A DNA stretch of 64,000 bases from Cloacimonetes bacterium UBA5284 (lineage in GTDB: Bacteria; Cloacimonadota; Cloacimonadia; Cloacimonadales; Cloacimonadaceae): positions 288 through 64,287 of the forward strand of contig DHSO01000052.1 in the NCBI GenBank assembly GCA_002410505.1. Direction: 5' to 3'. The notes under the pieces were generated by a model that saw nothing but the letters and a program-made list of their open reading frames with translations, did not search any database and had not been told where the DNA came from. Positions 10,999-20,109 of the stretch are shown piece by piece. Numbering within the stretch: the first letter of the stretch is position 1; the number at the start of each line of letters is the position of its first letter. Made by a program: the position numbers and the translations under genes.

Positions 10999-11637
10999 AT
11001 GGACGCGATACCGCTTTTAACCTTAAAGCGCTTGCCCAAATACCTTGATGTTTTAAACAGATTCAAGAAAGCCGGACTCAAGATGGTTTCTGCCACAAAG
11101 ATAGCCGTCTTTACTGATGTCCACATGACTCAAGTGCGCAAAGATCTATCCTTTACCGGCGTGGTTGGCACTCCAAAGATCGGACACAATATTGAGCAAC
11201 TGATCATAGCCATCGAGAACTGCCTAAATTGGAATGATATTTCTTCCTGCTTTCTGGTGGGTGTGGGACATCTGGGAAAAGCATTGATGGGATATCAGGA
11301 ATTGCACAAAAAAGGTTTGCGCATCATCGCTGCCTTTGATACTAATCCGGCGCTTTCGGACACCTATTATCAGGGTATACCGATTCACTCGATGGAGAAA
11401 TTCAGCAACCTTCTTTCCCGCTTGCATGTGCACATTGGCATTCTCACAGTTCCAGCCGATGCGGCGCAAGGAATTGCCGATCAGATGGTGGAAAATGGAG
11501 TTTTGGCTATATGGAATTTTACTCCGGCAAAACTAATACTTCCGGAGGATATCATCATAGAAAATGTAGACATGAGTTCTTCCTTGGCAGTACTCTCGCG
11601 TAGAATCGCCGAAAGGTTGCATATCGATAAAGCTTAA
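10999..11637 (+). CDS. rex: redox-sensing transcriptional repressor Rex
   Basis: 212 aa. N-terminal winged-helix region (LKRLPKYLDVL) and a Rossmann NADH-binding domain (VGVGHLGKAL). AAAGGAG RBS. Lies directly upstream of the hydrogenase genes. Confidence 0.92.
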   Translation: MDAIPLLTLKRLPKYLDVLNRFKKAGLKMVSATKIAVFTDVHMTQVRKDLSFTGVVGTPKIGHNIEQLIIAIENCLNWNDISSCFLVGVGHLGKALMGYQELHKKGLRIIAAFDTNPALSDTYYQGIPIHSMEKFSNLLSRLHVHIGILTVPADAAQGIADQMVENGVLAIWNFTPAKLILPEDIIIENVDMSSSLAVLSRRIAERLHIDKA

Positions 11638-11724
11638 GCCGTCTTAAGCCAAGTATAAAAAATCAAAAAATAAATGAATCTCATATTCCCGAAATACATG
11701 AAAAATACATATACAGGAGTAGAC

Positions 11725-12225
11725 ATGAGTGCCGAATACGCAGCCGCTCACAGCTTCAACAAGGTGATCGACATTCTGGATCGTTTCGACAGAAGCGAAG
11801 CCAAGATCATCCCCATTCTTCAGGCAGTACAAGAAGAATACCGTTACCTGCCTCAAGAAGTACTTACTTTTATAGCCACATCTCTGCGCATCTCCCCTGC
11901 CAGACTATTTGGTGTAGCAACTTTTTACAGTCACTTTTCATTGGAACCCAAGGGAAAGCACATCATAAAGATGTGTGATGGCACAGCCTGCCATGTCCGT
12001 GGCTCCTCAGCGGTAATTGATGCCATTCGCAATAAATTGAATCTCAGTGACAAAAAGATTACTACAGACGACATGATGTTCACATTTGAAACCGTATCCT
12101 GTTTGGGTGCCTGTGGATTGGCCCCGGTTTTGGTGGTGGATGATGAAGTTCACGGCCAGATAACTGCTGAACAGGCTTTGGAACTGATAAGCAACATCGA
12201 AGAAAAGGAGAAGGAAAATGCCTAA
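11725..12225 (+). CDS. hydC: NuoE-like [2Fe-2S] subunit of bifurcating [FeFe]-hydrogenase (HydC)
   Basis: Thioredoxin-like 2Fe-2S cysteine pattern (MCDGTACHVRG ... SCLGACGLAP). ATG at 11725 is preceded by an AGGAG RBS. The longer ORF start at 11674 has no RBS. Confidence 0.88.
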   Translation: MSAEYAAAHSFNKVIDILDRFDRSEAKIIPILQAVQEEYRYLPQEVLTFIATSLRISPARLFGVATFYSHFSLEPKGKHIIKMCDGTACHVRGSSAVIDAIRNKLNLSDKKITTDDMMFTFETVSCLGACGLAPVLVVDDEVHGQITAEQALELISNIEEKEKENA

Positions 12226-14110
12226 ACTCGAAGAGCTCCGTGATGCTTATAATGAAGCTCGCGCGCTATGTGACAAGCGCATTATCGTTTGTGCCGGAAC
12301 AGGTTGCATTGCCAATGGTTCCATGAAGGTTTTTGAAGCTCTTAAAAACGCCATTGCCTTAAGTGGATTGGAAGTAACCGTCTCCCTGAAATCTCATGAT
12401 CCCAAAGAACATAAACATCACGATGTATATATGATTGGCAGCGGATGTCAGGGATTCTGCCAGGTCGGTCCCCTGGTTACCATCGAACCAGCCGGGATAA
12501 TGTATGGTCATGTAAAACCGACAGACGCCGAAGAAATTGTGGCTCAGTCGATCGTAAAAGATGAAGTGATAGAGCGTTTGCTGTATCATGATCCCGTGTC
12601 TGGAACCGCTTATAAAGGACCGGGTGAGATTCCTTTCTACGTCCGCCAACAGCGTACCGGATTGAAAGATTGCGGTAGGATAGATCCCTCCAACATCTCT
12701 GAATACATAGCTCATGGCGGGTACTTTTCAGCCCGAGACGCATTTATGAAATATGATGCTGAAGCACTGTGCAATTTATACAAAGAAAGCGGGTTACGCG
12801 GTCGTGGTGGCGGTGGTTTTTTAACCGGTCTGAAATGGGATTTTGCACGCAAAGAAAACAATGAAAAGAAATACGTGGTCTGCAATGGTGATGAAGGTGA
12901 TCCCGGAGCTTTTATGGATCGTTCCATATTGGAAGGTAATCCGCATAGTGTGATCGAAGGCATGATGATCGCCGCCAAAGCAATCGGAGCCAACGAAGGT
13001 TATGTATATGTTCGCATGGAGTATCCCCTGGCTTGCTCAAGAATTCGTGAAGCCATAGCTACAGCTGAAGAATACGGCATTTTGGGAGACCATGTGTTTG
13101 GCAGCAAAGAGAGTTTCCATATCAACGTGATGGAAGGTGCCGGAGCATTTGTCTGCGGAGAGGAAACCGCTCTTATAGCCTCGATCGAAGGCAAACGTGG
13201 TATGCCCTCACCCAAACCTCCATTCCCTGCTCAGAAGGGACTCTTTGGCAAGCCCACCGTGATCAACAATGTGGAAACCCTGGCTTTGGTGCCGATTGTA
13301 ATGCAAAAGGGAGTAGAAGACTTCCGCAAGGTGGGGAGCGCCAAATCTCCAGGCACGAAGACTTTTGCGCTAACCGGGCATGTGGCCAACACCGGACTGA
13401 TCGAAGTACCTTTCGGCACCACTATCCGCGAGATCGTTTTCGAGATCGGAGGAGGCGTATTTGACAAAGATGGCAAGATTAACAATGATGCCTTCAAAGC
13501 CGTTCAGATCGGTGGTCCCAGCGGTGGTTGCCTCACTCGTGAACACTTGGATCTACCCCTGGATTTCGATTCTTTGGGATCGATCGGAGCGATGGTTGGT
13601 TCAGGTGGGATGGTAGTGATGAACGACAGCACCTGTATGGTGGAAACAGCCCGCTATTTCATGACATTCACTCAGCACGAATCCTGTGGTAAATGTGTGC
13701 CTTGTCGTGAAGGGACGCGTCAGATGCTGGAGATTTTGGAAGACATCACCAAAGGCGAAGCCGATGAAGAGAGCCTAGAGCTCTTGCAGGAAGCTGGAGA
13801 AGCCGTAAAGATCACCTCTTTATGTGGTTTGGGCAAATCCGCTCCAAATCCCGTGCTATCCACTCTGCGATATTTCCGCGACGAATATGAAGCGCATGTG
13901 AAGGCGAAGTATTGTCCCACGAAGACTTGCAAAGCCCTCAGTCCCATCAGCATTGATCCTACTCTTTGCCGTGGCTGCACCCTGTGTAAGCGGGTCTGTC
14001 CGGTTGGAGCGATCTCCGGTGAAGTGAAAAAACCGCATGTCATCGACCCCATGGTTTGCATCAAATGCGGAGCTTGTATCGCAACCTGCAAATTCAAAGC
14101 CATCAGCTAA
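12218..14110 (+). CDS. hydB: NuoF-like NADH-binding flavoprotein subunit of bifurcating hydrogenase (HydB)
   Basis: 630 aa. GLRGRGGGGF FMN/NADH site, a SLBB region, the ESCGKCVPCREG 4Fe-4S motif and C-terminal 2x[4Fe-4S] ferredoxin motifs (CRGCTLCKRVCP, CIKCGACIATC). Confidence 0.93.
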   Translation: MPKLEELRDAYNEARALCDKRIIVCAGTGCIANGSMKVFEALKNAIALSGLEVTVSLKSHDPKEHKHHDVYMIGSGCQGFCQVGPLVTIEPAGIMYGHVKPTDAEEIVAQSIVKDEVIERLLYHDPVSGTAYKGPGEIPFYVRQQRTGLKDCGRIDPSNISEYIAHGGYFSARDAFMKYDAEALCNLYKESGLRGRGGGGFLTGLKWDFARKENNEKKYVVCNGDEGDPGAFMDRSILEGNPHSVIEGMMIAAKAIGANEGYVYVRMEYPLACSRIREAIATAEEYGILGDHVFGSKESFHINVMEGAGAFVCGEETALIASIEGKRGMPSPKPPFPAQKGLFGKPTVINNVETLALVPIVMQKGVEDFRKVGSAKSPGTKTFALTGHVANTGLIEVPFGTTIREIVFEIGGGVFDKDGKINNDAFKAVQIGGPSGGCLTREHLDLPLDFDSLGSIGAMVGSGGMVVMNDSTCMVETARYFMTFTQHESCGKCVPCREGTRQMLEILEDITKGEADEESLELLQEAGEAVKITSLCGLGKSAPNPVLSTLRYFRDEYEAHVKAKYCPTKTCKALSPISIDPTLCRGCTLCKRVCPVGAISGEVKKPHVIDPMVCIKCGACIATCKFKAIS

Positions 14111-14125
14111 TCAGGAGTATATAAA

Positions 14126-16126
14126 ATGGAAAGATATGTATATATAAATGACCGTCCCGTTGTCTGGGAAGACGAGAAGAATATTCTTGAACTGGCCCGG
14201 AAAGCCCACATCGATATCCCCACTTTCTGCTATCATAGCGATTTGAGCCTGTATGGCGCTTGCAGATTGTGCATGGTGGAAGTTGAAGGACGCGGTTTGG
14301 TGACATCCTGTTCTACCGCTCCATTTGAAGGCATGAAGATCAAAACCCATACCGAACAGATTTTGAAATTGCGCAAAACTATCGTGGAAATGCTGCTGGC
14401 AAATCACGATCAAGAATGCCCTAAATGCTCACGTGCCAACGATTGTAAGCTTAGAGATATTTCAAATCGGCTGAGCATCGACAAGGTGCGTTTCCGTAGA
14501 ACCCGGCAAGCCAAGCCGAAGGATCTGGGCAGTGAATGTCTGGTGAGAGACCCCAATAAATGCGTTCTCTGCGGCGATTGCGTGAGATTCTGCAGCGAGA
14601 TCCAGGGCATTGGTGCTATCGATTTTGCTGCACGCGGACAGAATGTATGTGTAGCCGCGGCATATGGCAAAAGCCTGGCTCAGGTAGATTGCATCAATTG
14701 CGGACAGTGTGCAGCAGTGTGCCCTACCGGAGCAATAGTGGTAAAAAGCCATATTCCTCAGACATGGGAAGTGATTCACGATTCAACCAAGACAGTTGTA
14801 GCTCAGATCGCTCCCGCGGTGCGCGTGGCCTTGGGTGAGATGTTCAACCTTCCTGCCTGTGACAATACAACCGGCAAAATGGTCGCCGCTTTGCGTATGA
14901 TCGGATTTGATCAGGTATACGATACAGCTTTTGCGGCTGATCTCACTGTGGTTGAAGAAGCCAACGAATTCATCGCCCGCAAATCCAAAGGCGAAAAACT
15001 GCCGATCTTCACTTCATGCTGTCCAGCTTGGGTGAAGTTTGCCGAACAAAGCTATCCGCAATTATTGGAGAATCTTTCCAGCTGCCGTTCTCCTCAGCAG
15101 ATGTTTGGTGCCATTGCCAAAGAGCGTTTACCGAAACTGTTGAAAGTGGACAAAAAGGACTTGGTGGTAGTATCTATAATGCCTTGTACCGCCAAAAAGT
15201 ATGAATGCAAGCGCCCAGAATTTACTCATGACGGCATCGCAGACGTGGACATCGCTCTCACCACACAGGAACTGGGCAGGATGATCAAAGAAGCCGGAAT
15301 TGACTTTGAAGCTTTGGAACCGGAATCCATGGATCTACCCCTGGGCTTTGCTACCGGAGCGGGCATGATCTTTGGCAACAGTGGCGGAGTGTCCGAAGCA
15401 GTACTCCGTTATGCTGCTGACAAATTTGACATCCCCGTGCCCGAAAACATTGTTTTGCAAGAAGTGCGGGGCGAATCCGGAATACGTGAAGCTGTGTTGG
15501 CGGATGGAAATCTAAAGATGGCCGTAGTTCATGGCATCAAAAACGCGCAGGAATTGTGCGACAAGATACTGGCCGGGGAAGCCGAATATGACATCGTGGA
15601 AGTGATGGCATGTCCAGGCGGATGCACCGGAGGGGCAGGACAGCCGATCGTGATGGATCGCATCAAACGCAAGAAACGCACCACATCTTTGTATCACGCG
15701 GACAAAACCATGCCTATGCACAGAGCTCAGGACAACCCTTTCATTGGTGAATTGTACGAGACACTACTGGACACACCCAACAGTCACAAAGCCCATGAAC
15801 TCTTGCACACTGCCTACAAGCATCGCAAACGCATTGACGATGACGAGCTGTCTTTTTCCGGAGCCGGTAGCGAAGACCGTTGCAAGATAAGAGTTTGCGT
15901 GGGCACATCCTGCTATCTGCGTGGTTCCCAGGATATCCTGGCCAAAACCTTGCAAATGGTAGAAGAAAACGCTTGGGGCAGCCATTTCGATATCGCCGCC
16001 ACATTCTGCAGCGAGAAATGCGACAAAGGCCCAAATGTGCGAATTGGTGAAGAAGTGATTCATAGAGCCACCCTGGAACAGGTAAAAGATCTCATCAGCA
16101 AAGAAGCGAAAAAGAGAGTACAATGA
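14126..16126 (+). CDS. hydA: [FeFe]-hydrogenase catalytic subunit HydA (group A3-like, with an extra C-terminal 2Fe-2S domain)
   Basis: 666 aa. N-terminal 2Fe-2S and 4Fe-4S domains. H-cluster motifs FTSCCPAWVKF, IMPCTAKKYE and EVMACPGGCTGGAGQP. C-terminal thioredoxin-like segment VCVGTSCYLRG ... CSEKCDKGPN. Confidence 0.93.
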   Translation: MERYVYINDRPVVWEDEKNILELARKAHIDIPTFCYHSDLSLYGACRLCMVEVEGRGLVTSCSTAPFEGMKIKTHTEQILKLRKTIVEMLLANHDQECPKCSRANDCKLRDISNRLSIDKVRFRRTRQAKPKDLGSECLVRDPNKCVLCGDCVRFCSEIQGIGAIDFAARGQNVCVAAAYGKSLAQVDCINCGQCAAVCPTGAIVVKSHIPQTWEVIHDSTKTVVAQIAPAVRVALGEMFNLPACDNTTGKMVAALRMIGFDQVYDTAFAADLTVVEEANEFIARKSKGEKLPIFTSCCPAWVKFAEQSYPQLLENLSSCRSPQQMFGAIAKERLPKLLKVDKKDLVVVSIMPCTAKKYECKRPEFTHDGIADVDIALTTQELGRMIKEAGIDFEALEPESMDLPLGFATGAGMIFGNSGGVSEAVLRYAADKFDIPVPENIVLQEVRGESGIREAVLADGNLKMAVVHGIKNAQELCDKILAGEAEYDIVEVMACPGGCTGGAGQPIVMDRIKRKKRTTSLYHADKTMPMHRAQDNPFIGELYETLLDTPNSHKAHELLHTAYKHRKRIDDDELSFSGAGSEDRCKIRVCVGTSCYLRGSQDILAKTLQMVEENAWGSHFDIAATFCSEKCDKGPNVRIGEEVIHRATLEQVKDLISKEAKKRVQ

Positions 16127-16365
16127 AGAAGATCCTGATCTGTATGGGGAGCTCCTGTTTTGCCCGTGAAAACAGAGATAACCTCCGCGTGATCGAGGAG
16201 TTTCTGAAGAATCACGGGATCAGTGATAGTGTGCATATCGAAGGCTCGCTCTGCATGGGGCAATGCCATCGGGGACCAAACATAACCATCAACGGCAATG
16301 AATACCACGAAGTACGTGGTGAAGAACTGCCCGAGATACTGAGAAAAGAACTGATAGAACTATGA
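16123..16365 (+). CDS. small thioredoxin-like (2Fe-2S) ferredoxin
   Basis: 80 aa with the cysteine pattern CMGSSCFAREN ... CMGQCHRGPN. ATGA overlaps on both sides. Confidence 0.7.
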   Translation: MKKILICMGSSCFARENRDNLRVIEEFLKNHGISDSVHIEGSLCMGQCHRGPNITINGNEYHEVRGEELPEILRKELIEL

Positions 16366-18056
16366 ATAAGCCGATTTACACCGAGAAAACACAGTGTCAG
16401 GATTGCTACAAATGTGTTCGTGGATGCCCGGTAAAGGCTATCCGCGTGGTGGATGGCAGCGCCCAGGTGATGCCGGAAGCGTGCATCCTTTGCGGGCATT
16501 GCACCGAAGTATGCCCCGTGGGAGCCAAAAAGATCAGAGACGATCTAAGCTTGGCTATGCAGCTGTTGAAAGACAAGAAGCATGTGTATGTTTCTTTGGC
16601 TCCTACCTTTCGAACAGAATTCAACGGGATGAATGAGGCGAAGCTGATCGGGGCGATCCGTAGCCTTGGTTTTGCCGGTGTATCGGAAACAGCATTGGGA
16701 GCGCAGGTGGTGTCATCTGCCTGCGCTCAATTGCTCCGTGAGGGGGATCATTCGCTGATGATATCCTCAGCCTGTCCCAGCGTAATCCATCTCATTGAAC
16801 AGTATTATCCGCAGCTGGTGCCCTTTATAACTCCGGTTTCCTCACCTCTGCAAGCTCATTGTAAGCTACTTAGAGAGGAATATGGCGCAGATATCGGAAT
16901 AGTATTTATCGGACCATGTATTGCCAAAAAGAACGAAAGCACAGACAGCTTTGATGTCGCTCTCACTTTTGCCGATCTCAGGCGTTGGTTCAACATGAAT
17001 GTCATCGATTGGGATAAGGTGAGCCTCGAAGATAGTTTTGTACCAGAAGCCGCCGCGGAGGGTGGATTGTATCCCATCGATGGCGGCATGATCGAAGGCA
17101 TCAAGTACTATGGCGTTCCCGAAGACACCCTTTTTATGTGCTTCTCCGGAGTCGAAGAGATAATGGAGGCATTTGATGAAATTGATACCAGAGGTTTTGA
17201 TCACCCGGTATTCGTGGAAACTCTAGCCTGCGTAGGTGGTTGCGTGAATGGCCCCGGAGTAAGCAAAAGAGGGTCGATAGCCCAGAAACGTTATAAAGTA
17301 CAAACACTCACACCATCCGCCCCTGCCAGCCGCGATATGCAGCCTCTGGACATCGGAAAAACATTTCATGAAAGGGAAATCGTAAAGGGAGCTCACAGCA
17401 AACAGGAGATAGCCGCGGCACTATTGAGAATTGGCAAAAAACGTGTGGAAGAAGAGCTGAATTGTGGTGGTTGTGGATACGATACCTGCAGGGATTTTGC
17501 CTGCGCCTTGATAGAGGATAAGGCCGAACCGGCAATGTGTGTATCGTATCTGCGCAAACTGGCTCAGAACAAGGCTGCCGCATTGATTAAGGCAATGCCA
17601 TCCGGGGTGGTAATCGTAGATGAGAATCTGAAGATTATAGAAAGCAACGCCCGCTTTATCCAGATCATCGGTGGCGATGCCAGCATCATCTCTGAAGCGG
17701 ATCCTGACCTGGAAGGCGCGTATCTGGAACGCCTAGTAGATTTCCACGAGCTCTTCGCCGAAGCACTGCGGGAAGGCACTGAAGTTAAGATTCAAGATAT
17801 TCGCCGAAATGGGCGCATCATCCGCTTGACGCTGTTTTCGATCCAGAAGCATCTGGTCTTGGGTGGTATCCTGCAAGACATCACAGAGCCGATGATACAA
17901 AGTGAACAGATCATCGAAAAGGCTAACGAAGTGATGAAAAAGAACCTCACTACAGTACAACAAATTGCCTTTCTTTTGGGAGAAAACGCCGCGGACAGCG
18001 AGGTCTTGCTCTCATCCATCATCCAGAGCTTTGCAAACAAGGATGCACCAAAGTGA
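16362..18056 (+). CDS. hydS: sensory [FeFe]-hydrogenase-like protein with PAS domain (HydS, group C-like)
   Basis: 564 aa. Two N-terminal 4Fe-4S motifs. H-cluster-like motifs have SSACP in place of TSCCP, plus IGPCIAKKNE and ETLACVGGCVNGPG. A CGGCGYDTC cysteine motif and a C-terminal PAS-like segment (MPSGVVIVDENLKIIESNARF) follow. Confidence 0.82.
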   Translation: MNKPIYTEKTQCQDCYKCVRGCPVKAIRVVDGSAQVMPEACILCGHCTEVCPVGAKKIRDDLSLAMQLLKDKKHVYVSLAPTFRTEFNGMNEAKLIGAIRSLGFAGVSETALGAQVVSSACAQLLREGDHSLMISSACPSVIHLIEQYYPQLVPFITPVSSPLQAHCKLLREEYGADIGIVFIGPCIAKKNESTDSFDVALTFADLRRWFNMNVIDWDKVSLEDSFVPEAAAEGGLYPIDGGMIEGIKYYGVPEDTLFMCFSGVEEIMEAFDEIDTRGFDHPVFVETLACVGGCVNGPGVSKRGSIAQKRYKVQTLTPSAPASRDMQPLDIGKTFHEREIVKGAHSKQEIAAALLRIGKKRVEEELNCGGCGYDTCRDFACALIEDKAEPAMCVSYLRKLAQNKAAALIKAMPSGVVIVDENLKIIESNARFIQIIGGDASIISEADPDLEGAYLERLVDFHELFAEALREGTEVKIQDIRRNGRIIRLTLFSIQKHLVLGGILQDITEPMIQSEQIIEKANEVMKKNLTTVQQIAFLLGENAADSEVLLSSIIQSFANKDAPK

Positions 18057-19228
18057 ATTCCTACTTCCTTGAAGCCGATCACTTTCAGATATGTAAAAAT
18101 GGATATCTTTCCTGCGGAGACACCTTTTACAGTATAAAGAACGATAATGGAATCATCTGTGTGTTGGCAGATGGCTTGGGCAGCGGAATCAAAGCCAGTG
18201 TGCTCTCCACTTTGACCACTACCATGGCAGCGGGCTTCATGTCCTCAAAAGTAGATATCAAAAGAGCAGCAGAGATCATATTGGAAACTTTGCCGGTATG
18301 TTCTTACAGGCAGATTGGCTATAGCACTTTCACCATAATTGAAGCCAGTAACAGCGGACACATTAAGGTGATTGAACACGACAACCCTCCTTATATGCTT
18401 CTGAGGGCCGGGAAAAGCATCCCGGTGGAAAAGCAGGAAATCCCCATCAAGACATTCCGTAAAAGCCATTTATACTATTCAGAATTGGATCTCTTGCCCG
18501 GCGACAGAGTGGTTTACTTCTCTGATGGTGTAAGCCAATCCGGGATGGGTTTGCCACACCTGCCATTGGGCTGGTTGGAAAGCGGAGTGGAAAAATACTT
18601 GGAAAAGTTGCTGATAGACAGCCCCGCAATATCTGCCAGTGATATCTCTCGTAGAGTGGCATACAAAGCCAGAGAGTATGACGGCAACAAAGCTGCCGAC
18701 GATATCAGCTGTGCAGCCCTATATCTGCGCAACCCCCGCCGAACTATGCTGGTTACAGGGCCTCCCTACAAGAAGGAGCATGACAGCACTCTGGCAGATA
18801 TGGTAAGCAATTTCGATGGCAAAAAGCTGGTATGTGGGGGCACTACTGCCGCGATCCTTTCACGGGAATTGAAAACTCCCATCAAAGTGAATCTGAAAGA
18901 GATAAAGTCTTCCTCCGAGGTACCACCCAGCGCGGAGATGAAGGGTTTTGATCTGGTTTGCGAGGGAACCATTACCCTATCTCGCTGTTTACGTGCTTTG
19001 CAAGAAGGCCAAGTGCCGGATAAGATGCCGGAGGACGCGGTAAAGCGATTGATAACAATCCTTTTGGAAAGTGATATTATAGAATGTGTGGTTGGCACCA
19101 AAATCAATGATGCCCATCAAGATCCCGCGCTTCCCAAAGATTTGGAGATCCGCCGAAACTTGATGAAGCAATTCTGCAAAGTATTGGAAAAGAAATATTT
19201 AAAATCCACAAGAATAGTGTTTATATAG
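18053..19228 (+). CDS. PP2C/SpoIIE-family serine phosphatase
   Basis: 391 aa. Metal-binding motifs CGDTF ... ADGLGSGIKASV ... SDGV ... DDIS. GTG start overlaps the hydS stop. An extra C-terminal domain of about 150 aa has unknown function. Confidence 0.78.
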   Translation: MNSYFLEADHFQICKNGYLSCGDTFYSIKNDNGIICVLADGLGSGIKASVLSTLTTTMAAGFMSSKVDIKRAAEIILETLPVCSYRQIGYSTFTIIEASNSGHIKVIEHDNPPYMLLRAGKSIPVEKQEIPIKTFRKSHLYYSELDLLPGDRVVYFSDGVSQSGMGLPHLPLGWLESGVEKYLEKLLIDSPAISASDISRRVAYKAREYDGNKAADDISCAALYLRNPRRTMLVTGPPYKKEHDSTLADMVSNFDGKKLVCGGTTAAILSRELKTPIKVNLKEIKSSSEVPPSAEMKGFDLVCEGTITLSRCLRALQEGQVPDKMPEDAVKRLITILLESDIIECVVGTKINDAHQDPALPKDLEIRRNLMKQFCKVLEKKYLKSTRIVFI

Positions 19229-19247
19229 TTTGAAAATCGGACAAGAA

Positions 19248-19664
19248 CTATCGGACAGTTGATTCTGGAAAGATAATACTTATCTCCCTCTGCGCGCTTT
19301 GCTGCGAATCAGACGCGTGAGCGCCGTTATCCGTAATCCCTTCACCATACAATGCCCGTATGGTTCCCGCATTCCGCTTTGCAGGAATCACATCTCCCAT
19401 TATCTCCCGCAAGAGATGAATGGCATTTTCCTTTTCCAGAAGCAAAGCGACAGTAGGTCCGGAGCGCATGAAGCTCTCCAACCCGGTATAGAAATCCTTC
19501 TGTAAATGTTCCGCGTAAAAGAGCCGGCATAGCTGAGTATCAAAGTGGACCAGCTTCATATCCAATATTCTGAAGCCGTGCTCTTCCAATATGCTGATGA
19601 TGTGCCCGATATGCCGATGGTACACCGCGTTTGGTTTGATCAGAAAGAGGCTGCGCTCAATCAT
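19248..19664 (-). CDS. ndk: nucleoside diphosphate kinase
   Basis: 138 aa with ERSLFLIKPNAV, IRALYG and the active-site region NGAHASDS. Confidence 0.92.
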   Translation of the reverse strand: MIERSLFLIKPNAVYHRHIGHIISILEEHGFRILDMKLVHFDTQLCRLFYAEHLQKDFYTGLESFMRSGPTVALLLEKENAIHLLREIMGDVIPAKRNAGTIRALYGEGITDNGAHASDSQQSAQREISIIFPESTVR

Positions 19665-19984
19665 CTCTTTACGTAAATAGTCTCGATATAATCCAGGGCT
19701 GCTACTTTGATGGAGATGTCGCGGCTCAAAACCCTGCTCATTTTGATCTTATGGAGCAGGATCTCGGTCCAGATTTCATACACTTCGCCAGCTTTGAATT
19801 CCTGACCGGTATAGAGCTTCAGCATGTCCGGATAAAAATCATCACGATCGGAATCGACCCGGGCGATAACAAGCTTTTGGGTGTCTGAGCAGAGGTCATA
19901 TTCTTTATACCTGATGTCGATCACGGCATAGCCAAGCTTCAAGAGATTTTCAAAATTGATCTGTAATTCAACGTTGTTCAGCAT
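19661..19984 (-). CDS. hypothetical protein
   Basis: 107-aa ORF with a 4-nt overlap onto ndk on the same strand. No motif recognised. Confidence 0.45.
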   Translation of the reverse strand: MLNNVELQINFENLLKLGYAVIDIRYKEYDLCSDTQKLVIARVDSDRDDFYPDMLKLYTGQEFKAGEVYEIWTEILLHKIKMSRVLSRDISIKVAALDYIETIYVKR

Positions 19985-20109
19985 ATTCGGAACTCCCGAT
20001 TTTAATTTTCTCGACAGATTTGCATCTGCTTGATTTCTTGGTATCCAAACTGAAATTCTTCCTTATTACGTCAAGTAGAATTTCAGAATAAATGCTCAAA
20101 GGAGCCAGG

